Shown here in pieces: positions 11,985 through 24,214 of a DNA stretch of 64,000 nt (position 1 is the stretch's first letter; every line of letters starts with the position of its first letter). The DNA comes from Eledone cirrhosa (Eukaryota), in contig OZ024744.1 in NCBI GenBank assembly GCA_964016885.1, positions 54,374,001-54,438,000 of the forward strand, in the 5' to 3' direction. The notes under the pieces are model-generated. The model saw only the letters and a program-made list of their open reading frames with translations. It ran no database searches and had not been told where the DNA came from. Both the position numbers and the translations under genes were made by a program.

Positions 11985-14900
11985 AAGTATGACCCCGACG
12001 GCAGAGCTCAAGCCGTTTTGACGGCTACTTCTGGACTAAATTAGAATTTTTAGTCCGGTAAATAAATAGCCGAACTTTTCAAGGGGTACTTCCTTATATG
12101 AGAAGATTGTAGTTGTCAAGAGGATTGGTCAAATTTTGTTGTAAACTCAAATAAGTCTGTCATGGCAGTGGGTGGGAGGTGGGGGTGGCTGAAGTTGCCG
12201 TTAGAACAATGAGGGAGTAGGTGGAGTCAGTCAAGCGTTGAAATTGAAATCTATACGGCAAAATCTAAGGAATGTGTATGAAAGTAGGCCAGAGGAGGTA
12301 GGCGAAAAAAGGTTTCTGGAGAAAATTGAGGAGGAACCTTATAGAATGGGTAAATCAATTGAGATTTGGAGACAATAAAAAACAATTAAAAAAATAAGAG
12401 AAAAATATATAAAAATATAAAATTCGATAGTGAGAAGTGATAAAAAACAAAAACTATGGAGTCTAAAACAGCTGCTATATTCGTTGGTGTTGCTTTTTCG
12501 GCCAATGCTATAGAATGAGTTGAGAATAGAAGATACTATATAAGAATTATTGAAATTGTAGAATTGGGTAGTAAAAAGTAATATAAAATCTCTGGGACCT
12601 AACACAGATGCTATGATTAGTTAGTGTAGCGTATTCGGCCAATGCTATCTTTAAGTTACTGGGGTGGGGGTACTGAGGCTACAGAGGTCCGATGGGCTGC
12701 CTCGGGGTAGGCGAAATGGGGAAAAAAAGAACGAGGAAGAAGATCGGTGGTGGAAGGAAGTGATGGGAGGAGACAAAGGGAAGAAGAAAACATAGAGGAA
12801 AAGAAAAGAGGTAAAACTACCTATGTAAGCTGGGGTTTCCCCTATATTATTCGGTTAGTGGGGTGTTTCAGCTCTTGTCTACCCACCCGGATCGTTAGGG
12901 GGTTTGAGGGCGAGGTAAGTCTTACGCAATCTGTTTGCATGCAGTTACCAGTTCGTCTTTTTTGTTTAGGGATTGATCCTTCGTAAACATCATTTGTAAT
13001 GTTTCCTCCGAGCATAAGTTAAACGGACGGCGTCCTCCCGTATAAGAGTTAGCTCTGGACAGTAAGCTCCAAGTAAGATTGTAAGTTATATTATTATCTT
13101 GGAGGTCCCAGATGTGGCCCGAAAGTGTAGTGGCTTGTCGCCGGACCGGATTTCGGAACGTATGTCGTCGTTGGTAGAGCCGGGTCTTAAAGTCACAAGC
13201 GGTTAATCCTATATAACCTTTGTTGGAGGTGTCCGTCCTCACGTTGCATTGGTAGATCACGTTACGTTCACTGCATCTGTTGTTGAGGGGGCACGTAGAT
13301 CTATCAGGGCAGTTACACCTCCAGGTCGGCTCTCCACTAATGTCTAGGTTGTTTCTTCCATAGGAGTTGATTTTTTCGGTGTTTGAGGAGACTATGTTTT
13401 GTGCGAAGTTAGGTGTGGTGCTGTAGGATGGCTTGATAGTGTTTTTGTTGATTATATTGTGGTAGTGGTGTTTATATTGTGGTAGTATATTGTTGATTAT
13501 ATTGTGGTAGTGGTGATTATATTGTGGTAGTATTTTTCGAGGACCCTAAAGAAGATTTTCCGGATAAGTGTTGCTACCTCGGCATTATGGGGGAGGATTG
13601 AACCACGTTACGTGGCGTGAGCGGAGGCGTCGCCTGCTGGTTCCCCTAAGGGAAGCTGGATAAAAAGATATTTCCTCCCGGAAGCCACTCCGCTTGAGGG
13701 CCTGGTTGTAATGAGGCGCATGTTCGTCGAATATCTGCTCATTAGCGGACAAACGAGATATGCGGAGGGAGATGTTTTTAACCAGGTTATTGGTGATGTT
13801 TCTAGGATGGTTAGTGCGGCGGTGGATGTAGTGCAGGTTGTCGTTTGGTTTCCTGTAAGAGTAGTACAGATCATTTTCGATGTTGAGGGTAACGTCCAAG
13901 AAATTGACTCGGGTTAGGGACTTTTGTAGGGTGATTTTGAATCCCCAGTCCCGGAAGAAGTTGATTAGTTGTTTACGGACCCGGTCTGTACTACTGGGGT
14001 TGTACCCTTTGAGGGTTAGGAGCCCATCGTCTCGGTACAATCCACCGCCAAATGCAGGAAACATTTCGGTGAGTTTAAATAGTAGGAATAATCCTATAAG
14101 ATCGGTGACCTCGGCCGAATCGGTCGCGCCCATACAGACGTCGAAACGGGGTGTCGGGAGCTCTCTTTATCCACTTTGAGTTGTCGAAAAGTAGGACTGA
14201 CTTCCTGGCGTGGAGAATGATATTTCTTTCCTGGTTGGTGATGGGTGTGAGTATTTTGGCAAATTCCAAGGCGGCCGTAAGGAGCGCTAAGGTAATAGAT
14301 GCATAGTAACTCTCTAAGTCAAACTGGATGAATTTTGTGTCCCGTTTGTCCTCAATACTCCTGCACCATGAGATTACTTCCTGGGTGCTGATCCATAGGC
14401 TAAGTGTCGCGTTTTGCTTAAATTTTGGTATAACGCTGTCTAGGATCTTTTCACTGATTCTCTCTATATCCGACTACGTCGGGTTTAAAAGCCTGATGGA
14501 TGGTTTGCGGTCGAAGTTGGATATGTAGTCCTTCAGTGTGAAGAAGGTAGTCCGTGGGTCGAGGGGTTCAGTGTGGTCTGCGACCCCGAGGCTGGAGGTA
14601 ATTTGTTGTCCATCTAGTTTTATGTCCTCAATAATTGAATGGTTAGCCTTTTTATGGGTAGAGTTTAGGCTGCTCCTGATCAGTGTGTTATATCTGTCCT
14701 GGTTGACGAAATAGAGGTTTCAAGTTTTGTCCGAGTGCACCAGGATGTCGTTGGCGCTTTCATACTCCGTTATTTTGCTACGGAACTGTTGTAGGAATCT
14801 GTTGTGTCTGGGTTTGAATTTAATACCCTTGACCAGTTGGAAAAGGTCGTTCTCGATGGGTGAGAGCATAGGGTTAGGTGAGGAAGATTTGTAGGTATTG

Positions 14901-16500
14901 AATCCGAATCTCTCCATGGTGTCGAAGTCCTGGTTGTCGCGGTATCTATCGTAGAAAAATGTTCTCCATCTTAGTCTTTTCGCAAAAAGGTCGATTTCTT
15001 TGCATGAGCATCCGAAGGTAAAGTTTTCTCGGTGGAATTGGGATGTTCTTGGTGGAGAAGTCGATATTGTGTTTTCGCATGGTATGGGTAAAGAAACTTG
15101 AGCTGGGTGGAAAAGTCAGGATATGGCGTGGTAGGGTCGGAAAGTGCTCTACAACGGAGGTAGGAGCTAAATAACGAAGGAGTTGTGGTAAAGAACCAGA
15201 TGGGGAGCCGACCAGGAGGTGTAACTGCCCTGATAGAACTACGTGCCCCCTCAACAACAGATGCCGAGAGCGTAACGTGATCTCCCAGTGCAACCTGAGG
15301 ACGGACACCTCCAACAAAGCTTATATAGGATTAACCGCTTGTGACTTTAAGACCCGGCTCTATCAACAATAACATACGTTCCGAAATCCGGTCCGGCGAC
15401 ATGCCACTACACTTTCGGGCCACATCTGGGACCTCCAAGATAATAATATAATTTACAATCTTACTTGGAGCTTACTCTCCAGAGCTAACTCTTACACGGA
15501 GGACGCCGTCCGTGTAACTTATGCTCGGAGGAAACATTACAAATGCTGTTTACGAAGGATCAACCCCTAAACAAAAAGGACGAACTGGTAACTGCATGCA
15601 AACAGATTGCGTAAGACTTACCTCGCCCTCAAACCCCCTAACGATCCGGGTGGGTAGACAAGAGCTGAAACACCCCACTAACCGAATAATATAGGGGAAA
15701 CCCCAGCTTACATAGGTAGTTTTACCTCTTTTCTTTTCCTCTATGTTTTCTTCTTCCCTTTGTCTCCTCCCATCACTTCCTTCCACCACCGATCTTCTTC
15801 CTCGTTCTTTTTTTCCCCATTTCGCCTACCCCGAGGCAGCCCATCGGACCTCTGTAGCCTCAGTACCCCCACCCCAGTAACTTAAAGATAGCATTGGCCG
15901 AATACGCTACACTAACTAATCATAGCATCTGTGTTAGGTCCCAGAGATTTTATATTACTTTTTACTACCCAATTCTACAATTTCAATAATTCTTATATAG
16001 TATCTTCTATTCTCAACTCATTCTATAGCATTGGCCGAAAAAGCAATACCAACGAATATGGCAGCCGTTTTAGACTCCATAGTTTTTGTCTCACTATCCA
16101 ATTTTATACTTTTATATATCTTTCTCTTATTTTTTATTATTTTTTTATTGTCTCCAAATCTCAATTGATTTACCCATTCTATAAGGTCCCTTCCTCTATT
16201 TTCTCCAGAAACCTTTTTTCGCCTACCTCATCTGGCCTACTTTCATACACATTCCTTAGAATTTGCCGTATAGATTTCACTTTCAACGCTTGACTGACTC
16301 CACCCACTCCCTCATTGTTCTAACGGCAAGTTCCGCCACCCCCACCACCTACCCACTGCCATGACAGACTTATTTGTGTTTACAACAAATTTTAACCAAT
16401 CCTCTTGACGACTGCAATCTTCCCATATCAGGAAGTACCTCTTGAAAAGTTCGGCTATTTATTTACCAGACTAAAAATTCTAATTTAGTCCAGAAATAAC
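11985..16500 (-). mobile_element. Full-length decayed Naiad-like PLE (coding ~12900-15080) with an inverted ~1.3-kb copy of its 3' part
   Basis: FSTKNIPIP, SDKT, GGLYRDDGL, VNFLDVTL, WFNPP, CNC..CPL, IYQC...YIGLTA; 12026-13332 is the reverse complement of 15205-16498. Confidence 0.9.
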
Positions 16501-16569
16501 CCTTACCTTTTCATATTGCCCACCCTTCTACTATAAGTATTGAGTACTCTGGTATGTTATGGTCATATA

Positions 16570-17203
16570 TATATATATGTAGGGCGGGTAAAATTCCCGA
16601 GATCCACGGACGAGTTCTCTCCAGCGGTCTCTGTCCCTCATTATCGTTGCCATGTCCTGCGTCTCCAACAGACCAGTGGCTGTCCTCATGGCATCAACAT
16701 ACGTTAACTTCGGTCTTCCTCTTCCAGTGTGTCCATGCAGGGGTTCCCACAGGAACACTGAGTGCAGTGTCAACTCTGAATGTCGGTGAGCATGTGCAGC
16801 TATCCTCAGTTTCCTTTGTTGTCACTTTTGAGCTGATTTTTGGGAGGCTCCCGTATAGCTCTGAGTTCTTCATCATCAGAGTATACTGATTAATGTTCAG
16901 AGCCATCCTCAGCATTCTCGTGTAGCACCCATCCAGAATATTAAGAACCCAGAGAAGATTACTAATGTAGGCGGGAAGCCGCTAGAATTGGTTGAGGACT
17001 TCGTGTATTTGGGAGCAAAGATTGGGAATACGGAAGATGATGTGGTCGAGAGGAAAAGCAAAGCCTGGGCGGCGTGCCACAGCTTGAGATTTGTGTGGAA
17101 GTCGGACCTTCGTAAACACCTGAAGATCTGCCTCTACGTGGCTGTAGTTGAGTCTGTGCTGCTGTATAGGTCTGAGACTTGGACACTGACCAAGAAACTC
17201 ACT

Positions 17204-17205
<2 letters not shown>
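16570..17205 (-). mobile_element. RTE-like LINE 3' end with an inverted 5' segment
   Basis: Minus 16570-16937: LDGCYTRMLRMALN...GRGRPKLTYVD...DRDRWRELV. Plus 16960-17205: VEDFVYLG...SVLLYRSETWTLTKKL. Confidence 0.8.
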
Positions 17206-17276
<71 letters not shown>

Positions 17277-17289
17277 CGGCGATGAATTA

Positions 17290-18435
17290 GTTTTGCGAGG
17301 TTTTTTATATGAAATCGTGTGTCGAAACAGATATTGTTATATTTGGGGAGGGTCATATTTGCGTAATATTGCCAGAATTAATAACAGAACACACTCACTG
17401 TTTGGTTGGTTTTCGCTTCTCGCTGTCTTTTATATATATATATCTGCGATCTAACTTACTCGGTCCTCAATGTTGCCATTGACTGACCGGCGGTCAAAAA
17501 TAATACAGATACAATATAGACAAACACATATATATATAGTTTACATAATTTACATAAATCTTTCGTTGCACATCTGCAACATCGTCAGTGGTGTTATATT
17601 CATTGTTCCTCCTGTTGTGTTGTATGTCTACGCCATTTTTTTTTTTTGTGTTCAGTCTGTCTATATATTTATTTATTTATTTGCTTGTTTGTTTATCTTA
17701 TTTTATTTTGTCTTCTTTGCGCATGCGTTTGCGTGTGTGTATAGTGTTATGTGTGATGTGTGACTAGTGTGTATAGTGTTGTGTCTGCTGGGTGACTAGT
17801 GTGTGTTTATGTGCTTGTGTATGTATTTATTTATCTTATTTTATTTAATTTAATTTACTTATTTATTTATACTTCTCTTAGGTCAGTGTTGTTTGTTTGG
17901 GTGTTGTTGTTGTTCCACTCATTCTTTCTGTTTAGCTTTGGTCTTCTAATTTCTATTTCACTGGCCTCTCTGATTTGCCTATCTGCTGGGTCATTCCTAT
18001 GTTTAGATATTATTCTAATTTCTATGTTATCTATGTTACCGTCATGTTGTTGTCTAGCATGTTCGTATAGTACTAACCCGTTTTTTCGTCCTTTTAGTTC
18101 CCCCCAGTGTTGGTCTATCCTTTCACCTATGCTACGAGCTGTCTCACCTATGTATGTTGTTGTCGTGTTTCTGCAAGTACCCTCTGTACATCTTATGCTA
18201 TAGACTACGTTTCTAGTTTTACAGTTTATCCGGGGGTTCACCTTACATATGATACATTTCCTATTGGTACAGTGGGTTTTCTTAAAAGGGTAGGTTTTGC
18301 TGATCAGGGATTTTATGGTGGTTCCTGGCTTTCCTACCACCTTTATTTTTAAGTGGGTCTTTCTCCAACCAAACAGTGAGTGTGTTCTGTTATTAATTCT
18401 GGCAATATTACGCAAATATGACCCTCCCCAAATAT

Positions 18436-18445
<10 letters not shown>
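17290..18445 (-). mobile_element. 5'-truncated Penelope/Poseidon-like PLE with inverted tail at its 5' end
   Basis: ORF 17867-18415 GIY-YIG; 17333-17410 is the reverse complement of 18365-18442. Confidence 0.88.
17553..17590 (-). ncRNA. Minimal hammerhead motif in PLE tail (weak stem I)
   Basis: Minus: ca CTGACGA T GTTGCA gatg TGCAAC GAAA GATTTA tg. Confidence 0.6.
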
Positions 18446-18533
<88 letters not shown>

Positions 18534-18669
18534 AGTGTAATTTTCTACACAAAACGAAGGTTATACAGAAAATTGAGGTTGGTAATGGCACATGGAATAT
18601 ATAAGAGACAGAATACTTTTTTGTGAAAAAACATAATTTTATAAGGTAAGGAAATAATAAAGGGTATAA

Positions 18670-18717
18670 AAAATGACCGGTTTCGATGGGTCTGCAAAAG
18701 CCATCTTTTCAAATGTT
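18670..18717 (-). ncRNA. Hammerhead motif with U3-A8 core covariation (3' pLTR)
   Basis: Minus: aacat TTGAAAA GATGG cttttgcagac CCATC GAAAC CG GTC atttt. Confidence 0.65.
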
Positions 18718-19079
18718 GATTAATATTAAGAAAAATTAATAATACGAAGAGTTAAAACTTGAGATTTGAAAATTCAAGTATAAAATTCATTGTGGGATTT
18801 CATAGCAGTTTTCATCTAGGTAGCAACAACAGGTTGACTGCTGTGTCCCTTTCTGGTAGTGAATGAGAAGTTATTTGGGGTGTGGGTTATTTTATAAAGG
18901 TCAGATTTAGCAATCGTCAACTGGCCAGCTGCTGGTCAGTGAGGGGGTGGAAGCAATATACATACACATATCTTCCTGTGGTGGGTAGGAGAGTGGAGCG
19001 TGATAGAAAGGGATTTAGTGCACTTACACCTATATATACACACATACCTTCACCCACACATACATACATATACATATAC

Positions 19080-19116
<37 letters not shown>

Positions 19117-19177
19117 CACACATACATACACACACACATACATATACATACACACATACACACACATATATACACAT

Positions 19178-19240
<63 letters not shown>

Positions 19241-19281
19241 TATATATATACATACACATACATCCAGATACACACATACAT

Positions 19282-19312
<31 letters not shown>

Positions 19313-19759
19313 CACACACTCACACCCCCACACATACATACACACACACACACACGCACACACAATACATACATCCACATGCACACACATATACACACAC
19401 ACACATATACACATACATACACCCACACAGAGAAATGGCCTCCAAATATATATATATATATACATACAGACACATATTTTTTCCATAATATAAGAAGTTG
19501 GGACAGTGAAATTAAAATACAAGTCATTCTGATCACATTGAGTTCTTCATGTAGATTGGGCCCCACAACCGACAGTGGTGAATTCTGTGTGCGCATATAT
19601 ATATAGGTATATGTGTGTGCACGTGCAGGGTTTAACATGGATGTGTTGGTCACACAAAGGCATGGTCTGTCAACGAATAAACCTGATTCTACAGAATTGG
19701 TCTCTGGTCTTTAATAGTAGTGATTCCGTGCGTATGTGTGTTTATATTTTATGACAATT

Positions 19760-22066
19760 CTATTGGGGTGATAACCCGTTTAGTTTTGGTTTAAATTTGT
19801 TAAGGAATAGATTTTCTTTGTTTATTCTTTGTTGCTGTGTGAACGAATCTGAGCACTTGTAGAAGGGGAAGATTTTAAAGTTGGGTAGTGTCATTCCTGC
19901 GCAGTTCGCAATATGGCTGCTCAAGGGGATTTTTCTTGTGTTAGCGTCCCGGATTTGTTGGCGGTGGATGGTCATTCTTTTGCGTAATGAGGTGCCCGTC
20001 TGTCCTATGTAGTTGTGTTTGCACCCACCGCAAGTTATTGCGTAAATCAAGTTCTCCGAGTTGCAGGTGAAATTGTTTTTTACTGTAAATGTTTAGCCAT
20101 CTTTTAATGTAAATGTTTGTCCTTCAGTGAGGTAGAGGCACGTTCCACAGTTTGTTCTACCACATTTGGTAACTGTAGGGTTGAGGATTGGTTTGGGTAT
20201 ATTTGGTCCAGTGAGAATGCGTTTAAGTGATTTGGGTTGTCTTTTACTTTTAAGGATCTTGTGTGTTTCAAGAATAGACTTCATTTTTACATCTTTAAGT
20301 AGGATGGGGAGGTTTTTGTGTAGGTGATCAAACATTTCGGTATTTCTGGGGTTGAAAGTGGATACATATGGCAGGGTGTTTAGTGTGGTTTTCTGTTTTG
20401 GATTGTTAAGTTGATGGGGATTTAGGTGTTTTGCCCTGTCTATTCCATTGTTGATTATTTCAAGTGGAAAGGCTCTTAAGATAAGGGTGTCTTTTAGTTC
20501 CTTTAGTCTTTGCTCCCGTTTAGGTGGATCTGATACTATGGTACATATACGTTTGGCCAAATTGTAAGGAATGTTAAGTTTTGTATGTTTTGGGTGACTT
20601 GATGTGAAAAAGAGGTATTGCTTGGAATCTGTGGGTTTATAGAATATATCTGTATCTAATTTCCCGTCTATTACAGAGATGAGAATATCCAAGAAGGCTA
20701 ATTCCTTAGGATTGGATTCCATTGTGAATTGCATGTTATTATCTATGTTGTTTATCATGTTTTTAAACGTAGTAAGTGAGTTCATGTCTTCTTGCCATAG
20801 GATAAAGCAGTCGTCTAGATATCTTTTCCAATTGGCTTTGAGGTGTGTGTGGAAAGAGTCTCCAAATAAGAGAAGAGACTGACTGTATATTTGTTGTTCA
20901 TGGAATCCCATGACTAGGTTGGCATATGTGGGTGCTACTTTCGTGCCCATTGCCGTACCTGATACTTGTCTGTATGTTGAACCATTGAATGTGAAGTAGT
21001 TATTTTGTAGGATAAAGCGGAGTCCGTCAGTGATAAAATCTGTGTTGATGCGTGTCGGTATTTCTGATGGGTGTGTGTTAAGCCAGTATTGGACTGCTGT
21101 TATTCCATAGTTGTGAGGTATGTTTGTGTAGAGGTTTATTACGTCAAAGGAGACAAGAATTGTATTTGCACTTACTGTTTTAGGGAGGTGTTTCAGCATG
21201 TCAAGGTCATCTCGTATGTAGCTCTGTATATGTTGTAGAAAGGGTTTCAGTAGGATGTCCAGAAAGTTGCTAAGTTTGTGGGTTTCACATGTAGGGCCTG
21301 CTATAATTGGCCTGAGTTTTAGGTCTTCTGGTGGTGTTAGTTCAATGTAATTGTTGGTTGAGGTGTCACATGCATCGTTTATGGGTTTACATTTGTGGAG
21401 TTTCGGTAAGCCGTAAAAAGAGCTTGTATTGCATTTGAAGTGGCTTATATAGTTAAACTCTTTTGTGGTTAAGCTGTTGCGGTATTTATTCAGTAAGGTC
21501 AAAAGGTTCCCCATTGTTTTGGTGTGTTTGTAGTTTTCTGTTTTTTCATAGTATGTGTTGTTTTCTAAAATGTTAAGTGCGAGGGTCCTATAGTAGTCCG
21601 TATTCATAATGACAACAGTACTGCCTTTATCGGCTTCTTTGATAGTTATCTCAGGGTTGTTTCTAAGTGTGAATAATTCTTCCCATTCGTGTGTAGATAG
21701 GTTTGATTTCGTGTGTTTATTTGTAATTTTTTCATAGGGAAAGTTGGTGATGTGTTCGCAGTACGTGTCCAGTGCTTTATTTCTTCCCTTTTGTGGGCAG
21801 AAATTGCTTTTATTTCTAACCAGTGATTCGTCTTCAGTGTTGGTGTCGTTGTGGAAGAATTCCGTTAGTCGCAGCTTTCGGCAGTATTCCATGATGTCAT
21901 CCTTCATTTCGAGGAAGTTTGGTTTACGTGGTGTAGGTGTAAATTTCAGGCCCTTACTTAAAATGTTGATTTGTGTGTTGGTTAGAGGTGTCTTTGAGAG
22001 GTTGATTATTTTTGGTTTCTCCTGAGGGGGGGCCATCGAGTATCCTGGTATTTCAGGCTTTTCCCT
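19760..22066 (-). CDS. PLE ORF2: reverse transcriptase + GIY-YIG endonuclease (one in-frame TAA at 20093-20095)
   Basis: LSKGLKFTPTP, ADKG, FYGLPKLHK, LRPII, SFDVINLY, GTAMGTKVAP, RYLDDCF, AFLDI, CGRTNCGTC, IYAITC..C..NYIGQTG; ORFs 20093-22036 and 19760-20050 share a frame. Confidence 0.92.
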
Positions 22067-23271
22067 AAAAAAGGAATGTAGTTTTGTGTGTGATTATATT
22101 TTGTTGGTCTGTTGCGTGTGGGTCTGTAGCTTGTTGTTTCATGAGGGTGAATGTGATGGTGGGGGTGGTATGTGTTGTGGTTGTTGATGAGCAAGGGTTC
22201 TGTTGTTGGTTCATGTGGTCTGGGTGCGTTATTTCTGTGGTACAGAGTGTTGAGGTTGGGGGGTTGTCTTTTGTTGGATTGAGGGTGATGTCTGGTGTGG
22301 TTGTGGGTAAGTTCTGTTGTGATTTCAAGTGGTCTGGGTGGATTTCTTCTGAGGAATGTGGTGTGTGTGTTGTGAGTTGGATCTATGTTATTTCGTCGTT
22401 GGTTTATGTAGGGGGCATTTCTACGGAAACCTGTGTTGTGGTGGTTGGGTGTGTTTCTTTTGGTGTAGTTGGCCGTATTTGGTTTGTGTTGGTGGGGGAT
22501 GTGCCTGTGGTTAGTGTGTGTTGGGTTTGGTGGTGTAAATGTGTATGTTGTAGTTCTTGTTATGTTCAAATGCTTTATAAAGGGGTTACCTGTTTGGTGC
22601 GTCCTTTTAAAGTCTTCTTCATATTTGAGGAACCAGTTTTCGGATTTTTCTCACCGTTTAAGGGAAATAGTTTCTGCATTCTCGCAGTCCTGTTTCCACG
22701 ATTTGATTAAATTTTGTAGGGTTGTTCCCTCGGCCTTTTTAGTGCATTCTTCCTCCATATTTTTATCAGTATCCTTATACTCTTGCTCGTTTGAGGTGGC
22801 CCTTAATTTTAGGAGTTCTATTTCCATGTTTATCCTGTTGAATGACATTTGTTCGCGGAGTTTTCTTTCTGGTTCAGGTTCGTTTGTAATATGCTTTATT
22901 TGGAATTTACGTGGTAAAACTATCGGTGTTGAGTTAATCCATTTTTGGTAAATTCCAGCTTTGTTGAGGTTTTTTATCATATTCCAGAAAGTGAATTTTC
23001 TGGTTTTTAGATGTTTTTTCCAGAGGTGTCCCATTTGGTTTTTGATATGGAGCAATGTCGTTTGTTCTGTGTTGGTATTCATAAGTTTTTCGATGGAGAT
23101 GCATACGTTTTGAACGTTTAAATAAATTTGGTTGTCAGTCGGTGTGGTGGTTTGGGGTATATCCTGTTTTTTTGTCAGAATGGTGAGTTTTCCATTTATC
23201 TCTTTTAGGATTTTCAGGATTTCCTCATTTATATTGGAGTTTGAAGTTGTGTTGTCTTGTTCCAGTGCCAT
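22006..23271 (-). CDS. PLE ORF1: helical/coiled-coil-like N-terminus and H/N/T/P-rich disordered C-terminus (one in-frame TGA at 22651-22653)
   Basis: ORFs 22651-23271 and 22006-22569 share a frame (KR*EKSENWFLKYE); ATG lies ~30 nt from the pLTR. Confidence 0.75.
22020..22072 (-). promoter_or_regulatory. Candidate -1 programmed ribosomal frameshift signal (T_TTT_TTA plus stem-loop)
   Basis: CCT TTT TTA GGG AAA AG CCTGA...TCAGG; the -1 frame runs open into ORF2. Confidence 0.65.
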
Positions 23272-23440
23272 TTTCCGGATTTGCGTAGGTTAGTATATAT
23301 GAAAAGTGTAATTTTCTACACAAAACGAAGGTTATAGAGAAAATTGAGGTTGGTAATGGCACATGGAATATATAAGAGACAGAATACTTTTTTGTGAAAA
23401 AACATAATTTTATAAGGTAAGGAAATAATAAAGGGTATAA

Positions 23441-23488
23441 AAAATGACCGGTTTCGATGGGTCTGCAAAAGCCATCTTTTCAAATGTT
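23441..23488 (-). ncRNA. Hammerhead motif with U3-A8 core (5' pLTR copy)
   Basis: Same sequence as 18670-18717. Confidence 0.65.
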
Positions 23489-23850
23489 GATTAATATTAA
23501 GAAAAATTAATAATACGAAGAGTTAAAATTTGAGATTTGAAAATTCAAGTATAAAATTCATTGTGGGATTTCATAGCAGTTTTCATCTAGGTAGCAACAA
23601 CAGGTTGACTGCTGTGTCCCTTTCTGGTAGTGAATGAGAAGTTATTTGGGGTGTGGGTTATTTTATAAAGGTCAGATTTAGCAATCGTCAACTGGCCAGC
23701 TGCTGGTCAGTGAGGGGGTGGAAGCAATATACATACACATATCTTCCTGTGGTGGGTAGGAGAGTGGAGCGAGATAGAAAGGGATTTAGTGCACTTACAC
23801 CTATATATACACACATACCTTCATCCACACATACATACATATACATATAC

Positions 23851-23921
<71 letters not shown>

Positions 23922-23989
23922 CACACATACATACACACACACATACATATACACACACACATACACACACACACATATATACACATACA

Positions 23990-24214
23990 TAACAACCCTG
24001 AGATAACTATCAAAGAAGCCGATAAAGGCAGTACTGTTGTCATTATGAATACGGACTACTATAGGACCCTCGCACTTAACATTTTAGAAAACAACACATA
24101 CTATGAAAAAACAGAAAACTACAAACACACCAAAACAATGGGGAACCTTTTGACCTTACTGAATAAATACCGCAACAGCTTAACCACAAAAGAGTTTAAC
24201 TATATAAGCCACTT
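23990..24214 (+). mobile_element. Inverted copy of an internal RT segment of the adjacent PLE
   Basis: Reverse complement of ~21438-21662 ([13 protein letters not shown]...FNYISHF). Confidence 0.92.

Larger units (their letters stand above)
18530..23860 (-). mobile_element. Near-intact Neptune-like PLE with direct pseudo-LTRs and two ORFs
   Basis: Near-identical direct repeats 18530-19085 and 23301-23856 (offset 4771); RT, Cys-rich linker and GIY-YIG domain. Confidence 0.92.

Noticed and set aside
14720-14722. In-frame TGA in a Naiad-like ORF as selenocysteine (some Naiads are reported to be selenoproteins)
   Set aside because: Context SDKT*NLY fits CGA-to-TGA decay, the element has other lesions, and I recognised no SECIS.
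22651-22653. In-frame TGA in PLE ORF1 as programmed readthrough
   Set aside because: Most simply TGG-to-TGA (KRWEK); the same copy also has a TAA lesion at 20093. It needs the family consensus.
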